DNA from: Phoronis australis
Lineage: Eukaryota; Animalia; Phoronida
NCBI GenBank assembly: GCA_002633005.1
Contig: NMRA01000878.1
Location: 25,960 to 66,449, forward strand
DNA length: 40,490 nucleotides
Reading direction: 5' to 3'
Shown: one piece after another, positions 35,461-40,490 of the stretch
How positions within the stretch are numbered: the first letter of the stretch is position 1
Layout: each line of letters opens with the position of its first letter
Made by a program: the position numbers and the translations under genes
Notes under the pieces: generated by a model
Databases searched by the model: none
What the model saw: the letters and a program-made list of their open reading frames with translations, nothing else
Told to the model about the DNA's origin: nothing

Positions 35461-35982
35461 GTGAGGAATGTGAAAGCTAGTAAAGCATTACTAATTTTGT
35501 AATTATGATTCGTCTCGGGCATAGACGTAGTCATTGGTGACCCGGGTTCAAGTGTTTCAATTGCTCGCCATTGATCAATGCAAAATAAGTTTTCCACCAG
35601 TGGCGAATCATTTCAATTTTGTGTTTATCTTCCTGGTCTCATTCGCCCCACCCCCACCCAGTGCCGCAGTGTCGGCTCACCTGTTGAATACATCTGTGCA
35701 ATTGATGACTTTTATAACGTTACACCAGTATTGAGACAATCTTTGTTGATTTTAATTATCATGCAAGCACACTGTCCTGCTGTATTCACCTTCTAGTTTG
35801 ATGTCTCATTGAGCCTCAGGCTGGAAATTGATTTAACCAGAAGGCAGAACTACTATAATTTACGGTACATATCCAATTTGGTCTCTCCTGCTGGATCAAG
35901 GCCAAAATTATACCTTCTGACCCCTCAGAGACTCTTAGTCCAAGACACGGTGCATCCATAAATTACCCATGCAGCACAATAT

Positions 35983-36148
35983 TAGTGGCGGAATTAGGGG
36001 AGGGGAGGCAAGGGGCCATACCCCCTAAAATTCTCCCAGATTCCATTTAGCAGTTCGATGATGTGAATGTCTGACTGGCTGATGGGCAAAATCCTGGCTA
36101 AAACTCTTGCCTGGCCCTCCATAACTCAAAATCCTGGATCTGCCTCTG
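35983..36148 (+). mobile_element. hAT-like MITE
   Basis: Termini tagtggcggaat / ggatctgcctctg; shares sequence with 19758-20151 and 27969-28135. Confidence 0.6.
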
Positions 36149-37398
36149 CATGTAAGGATAAGATGTTGTGATTTCAGGATGCAGTACGGCATACCAGTAC
36201 AGTCAGTATACAGCCCGTGATTTGCAATTCTTTCGCCTACATACAATGACTTTGGTTAGCAGTGAAGAAAGGTCATCTGCTGTGATCAAATCTTGAACCT
36301 GGTGTTGTTCTTGTAATAACAAATCATGGTGAGAGCTAATGTCCCTAGGCGAGTAAATTAGAGACCTTCATACAGGCCAGACCATTTGAAGAACCATGCA
36401 GAAGTCACAACAGACTGGTGTTGACAGTGACCAAGTGGTTTAAAACAGCAAACTTAGATGACTGTTGTGTTGTAATACGTGAATGCTCCTGCCCAACCGA
36501 TATGAGACCAACTTCCGAAAGATTGAGTTAACATGGCACTGCACTCATTCTACAGTTTTTGCATCCAAAATGCAACGTGTGGCAAGCTTTTGTCCTGTTT
36601 CCTCGCTGATAGTCACTATCTTATATCCTGATTGTTATGTAATCCGTTATCCTAACACTGGTAGTTAAACTTTTTATTCTTGCATTTTGGGTTACAGTAC
36701 TTCTCAAATTTTTGCAAAAGGACAAATATTAGGGGTAATGTCTGATAAGTGACAGGCCGTAGGGTCGATCACCACAGTTTTTTTTGTCGCACCATCAAGA
36801 GTAGAATGTCTGTTACTGATTTGTGTACGGTTCTTTGGAATTCGATGGAGAAGAATTGATAAAAAGCTAGTCTGTTATTATAACTGCAACTTAATTTTTG
36901 ATTGCAGCTATTTGTGGTAGTTGTAGAAGGTTGGTCTACAGACAACGGAAAGAACACTGTGGTGAGGGCACGTCATCTCAAGCTTCAGGGGAATTGGTAA
37001 GTTATAATGGAAAAAATGCCCCACAAGCTGTGAATCACTACCCAGTGGTATGAAGTGCTCATTGTTTTTTAAATTTACCATGTTATGACTACCAAATGAT
37101 ATTGACCCATTGTCAATGAGATTGATTAGCGGACTTTAGGAATGGATGAAGGAATGGATGTTCATACTAGTAGCTGGTGCCCTTACATACATGTACATGT
37201 AGTATAGGGGAATAAAATAGTTGTCTATTGGCGACCATTTTTTTTACCTAATTTTTGAGCCCATCCTGAGCCTATGTTTAAGGTACTGGCGGTGAATCTT
37301 TGTGTCGCTTGGTCATCAGTGAGTTGTTCTTATCTGTCATTCACTGTTTAGGTAAAAGCATTTCTTTGTTTTTGAAGTACAATAAATCCTGTTTTCAG

Positions 37399-37714
37399 GA
37401 GTGAGGTGCTGGAAAGCATACAGAATTAGGAAAGGTTTTGTTGTAAAGCTACCTGCTGACACCAAGTCATCAAACTGACAACGCTGGAAGAACCTTGCGT
37501 AACACATTCTCCAAGACCTTTGCAGCCAGATACCTCATGGTCTCAACTATTTCTGTGTAAGGAACCTGATTGCCATCTGTCATTTGTCTCCAAGACAGAG
37601 CTGGATGTCCACACTGACGAAGGGTGGCATGAGAAGCAAGCAGACAACCAAACAATTTTTGACGGCATCAGACAAAAAGGGGCTGCAATCATGTCTGGCG
37701 TTAAAAAAAGATAA
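37399..37714 (+). pseudogene. Sola3-like transposase exon relic with CCHH zinc finger
   Basis: Acceptor gttttcAG; VRCWKAYRIRKG, then LFLCKEPDCHLSFVSKTELDVHTDEGWH...TIFDGIRQK. Confidence 0.72.
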
Positions 37715-38838
37715 ACAATTTGTGCCGTAATGTATAACTTGAGCACATAATAAAATATCCTATCCCTAGTATTCTGTTGGATGAATGCATTCGTTTGTGT
37801 GTAAGCCGTGGGCTTGGGTTACTCCGAAAAATGAGACTGTGCCTCTGTACACATGAACTTGTCTTGAGCATTTGTACAAAACACATAAGGTTCTACAAAT
37901 ATTCAGGTGCAAACACAAATTTCAATTATGCTTCATGTGATATACTAACATGTAATCCATGAACCAATGGTGGAAATGGTTCCATGTTCTTGCCGTAAAT
38001 TCCAATTGCGGTCCTCTAAAACCCAATCTTCAACCAGCAGAAACGAAAGAACTCTGCAGTTCCAGACCTTCGAACTCCACACCAGCTAAAAATGCTCGAT
38101 ACACTTGGACCAAACTCCTGTCCTTGGAATCATGTTATAAAGGAAGTTCAGATGAGAAATCTTCATGGGTCTGGAATTTGGTGCTTGTGTAAGGATATTT
38201 TACAATGCAAAAGTGGAGATTAGGAGCACGGGTCTAGGGATTTGTATCGCAGGGTTGGAGTTTACAGATTTGGTTAAGGATTCGTTTGCATCCCGTGATA
38301 GAAGTTTCCCAAGGCAGCTCTGGTTTGAACTAAGTGGCATGAGGAGTGGGCCCATACCCAAGCAAGAGGGTGTATGTGTAAGAATAAATAAAAGCAGGGG
38401 ATTTCGTTAGTTAAATTAGTGTGTTGGCCTGTGACTGGAGTACTTGCCATTGCTTTGGAAAGTAGTATAGAGCAACTTTTTTTTTGTTTTGGCAAAGTGT
38501 GTTGGACGGAAATTAAAATATAAAAATACAGAAGTGTTACTCAATTACATGTAATGTGCAACACTAATTTGTCATATAAAAAACAATGGGTTCCAACCCA
38601 AAATATGAAGCAAATGCGAAGCTTTACAAAAATGGCACTGCACTGTGTTTTAACAGTCTAGGAATGAAAATCTGTGTTTACTGATTTTCATTCTGTTAAA
38701 ACATTTTTTAAATAGAAATGATCACAGCGTAATACAAAAGCATGTCTGACATATGATGGAACTATCTTCCATGCAATTTCTTCATCAATAATTTGTTAGG
38801 TAGGAAATTTCAATGTTTTTTCAAAATGTTTGTTTCAG

Positions 38839-39386
38839 AGATTAGCATTCAAATAGAAAAAGAGGTCTTTGGTGTGTCCACCCTGGAAAAGGGTTGGGGC
38901 CTGAAGTCATCAAAAAAGATTACGAATGACAGCTGGTGTTAGACAGTTCTTGACAAAGATCTACAACGATGATGAGAAGAGTTGCCAGAAATTGAACCCT
39001 GACCAGTGCATGCATCAAATCCGTGCCAACTTTAATTGTAAATGAGTGGAGAACATCAAAACAAATTGCAAACTTTTTTCAAGACTCACAGCTCAGAAAA
39101 AAGACACTAGTTTGATGACGATGAGGATGAGGAGGATGTAGCCAATGACAGAGAAGCATGGGAAGAAGAAGTTTGTGAAAACATAATGAAAGAAATGGGT
39201 GTGCTTCATCCTGTGATCTTCGGAGATAAAGGTTTGTGTGAGCTGCTCAAACAAAATGGGTCTCAAAACTTAAAGTTGTGACTAAGACAAATTTGTCGTA
39301 CAGTTGGTATTGAATTGGGTCAACGGAAGTCAGAGGTGCTGTCAGCACTCACCGAGTACTTACAGATGTGTACCTGTTGCGTTTAA
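38839..39386 (+). pseudogene. Sola3-like transposase last exon relic
   Basis: Acceptor tgtttcAG; LEKGWGLKSSKK, EWRTSKQIANFF(S)RL, acidic tract, HPVIFGDKGLC...LRQICR...RKSE...MCTCCV*; several frameshifts. Confidence 0.75.
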
Positions 39387-39747
39387 AGTAGTGCACTTTA
39401 TTGGCTGTACCACGTCTAAATTGAAAACATTGTTATGGTATGGTATAAGCCTTTCATCTAAAGCACTGCTTCGTTTTCGTATATGCGCCCACATCTTTAT
39501 ATGCGTTTGCATATTGCCTTCATCTGTCTAGGCATTCCTCATCTGGCGTCCGCAGCTGTGTCTCCTAAATCCCTCACAGGAACTTGATGAGATTAGGCAG
39601 ATGTGTTCCTATCAAACTGACGACGGATAATGACGAACTTCGGACCTATCTGACTACCGGTGTGCCCCTAGTGGCAATTTTTTTCACTTACCTCTACATA
39701 TTTGGAGGTCCTCAATGAATTTTCATAAAATTTGGCAGTTGGGCATC

Positions 39748-40490
39748 TACAGCACACATCACGAATTTTTGGTCGACCGGTCGGAAATTGGTCGATGCAT
39801 ATTCGTCTTAGCACAGAGTCAAATGAATTAACCTAGTTCCACTGTCTCCGTTGCATGAGTTTACATCGGTTGTGTAACACCAATAATTCGAAGGTTGAGG
39901 GCCAGCGATAATATTATTGAATTATGGACAGTGCTACAAGTTTTGGTTAAAAGACGTGAATGTTTTCTTTACATTTGACCTTTAATTTCAATCGTGACGT
40001 TAACAAGCTGCATTAGATTGGCTGCTTCCTGGTCAAAACAACTCTGTAGTCATTTTGTAAACGCAGCTATTTTTGACACTCTTCGCCCACAATTGTTCTT
40101 TGTTTGTGATACGCAGTACTGCATCTTTTTGCGTTTTTTAAATTCTCCACGGTACTCCTATCACGTGCCCATGATGATGGGATAGTGACTGAGTTGTTAC
40201 ACCGAGAAGAGCTCTCACTCCGGGGTTTTTATTTTCATATGATTAACCCTTGCCGTACAGAAGCAAACTTCACGGTCCAGAATGCCCTAAGCCCACGGAC
40301 TTCGATGACTCTAACTTCATCATAGGGTTACGATTTCCACGAACTTGGACAGTGACATCAAACACGGAATAGCCACTGTTGAGGCTACAACCAATTCTAG
40401 CTTTGCGCATTCCGTTTTTAGGGCATCGGTGACGTTAAAATCAGCGCTAGTTACATGTATCAGTTCTTCGTTCACGTTGTTCCAAAAATA
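39748..40490 (+). mobile_element. Copy C of the 5.1-kb TIR element (inverted relative to A), running off the window
   Basis: Starts tacagcacacatcacgaatttttgg; from ~39791 matches the reverse complement of ~14053-13345. Confidence 0.9.

Larger units (their letters stand above)
34351..39747 (+). mobile_element. Decayed Sola3-like DNA transposon inserted at TTAA, right end interrupted by copy C
   Basis: Begins right after TTAA where copy D homology ends; contains three spliced transposase relic segments. Confidence 0.65.

Noticed and set aside
34983-35480. Longest ORF (165 aa) as an intact gene, and its antisense ORF 34862-35290
   Set aside because: Conserved motifs switch frame inside it and it runs past a splice donor, so it is a frameshifted transposase exon; the antisense ORF is its shadow.
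36250-36640. Possible catalytic-core exon of the Sola3-like transposase
   Set aside because: Only a faint NLEPGVVLVI resemblance; diagnostic core motifs are not readable.
1-40490. Most 60-125 aa ORFs in the supplied track as genes, or a novel multi-gene system
   Set aside because: They lie in repeats or antisense to TE relics, many use non-ATG starts, and they show no domain signatures or operon-like layout.

Overview
AT-rich eukaryotic (invertebrate-like) genomic DNA with no prokaryotic operon, rRNA, tRNA or CRISPR signal. The window is mostly a nested pile of decayed transposable elements lying in what looks like very large intron(s) of a minus-strand host gene. The only clear host exon is one intact phase 1-1 fibronectin type III exon (6534-6779). 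Recognisable elements are: an internally deleted Academ-type transposon with 17-bp TIRs and a TAA TSD (2597-5946); a Penelope-like GIY-YIG relic with inverted pLTRs and hammerhead-like motifs; four copies or fragments of a ~5.1-kb TIR element of probable CMC/EnSpm type, one flanked by an unusual 73-bp direct duplication and two forming a ~2.2-kb imperfect palindrome; two Sola3-like transposase relics; three LINE fragments; a Gypsy gag-protease relic; a Harbinger/ISL2EU-type transposase relic; a THAP relic; and several MITEs. A ~7-kb foldback-like unit with AAAACTTAAGTTTT arrays carries cargo that includes two orphan histone-type 3' stem-loops behind a TATA box. All family assignments come from motif recognition by eye, not database searches. 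I see no intact novel multi-gene system; the most unusual items are the 73-bp duplication and the orphan histone stem-loops.
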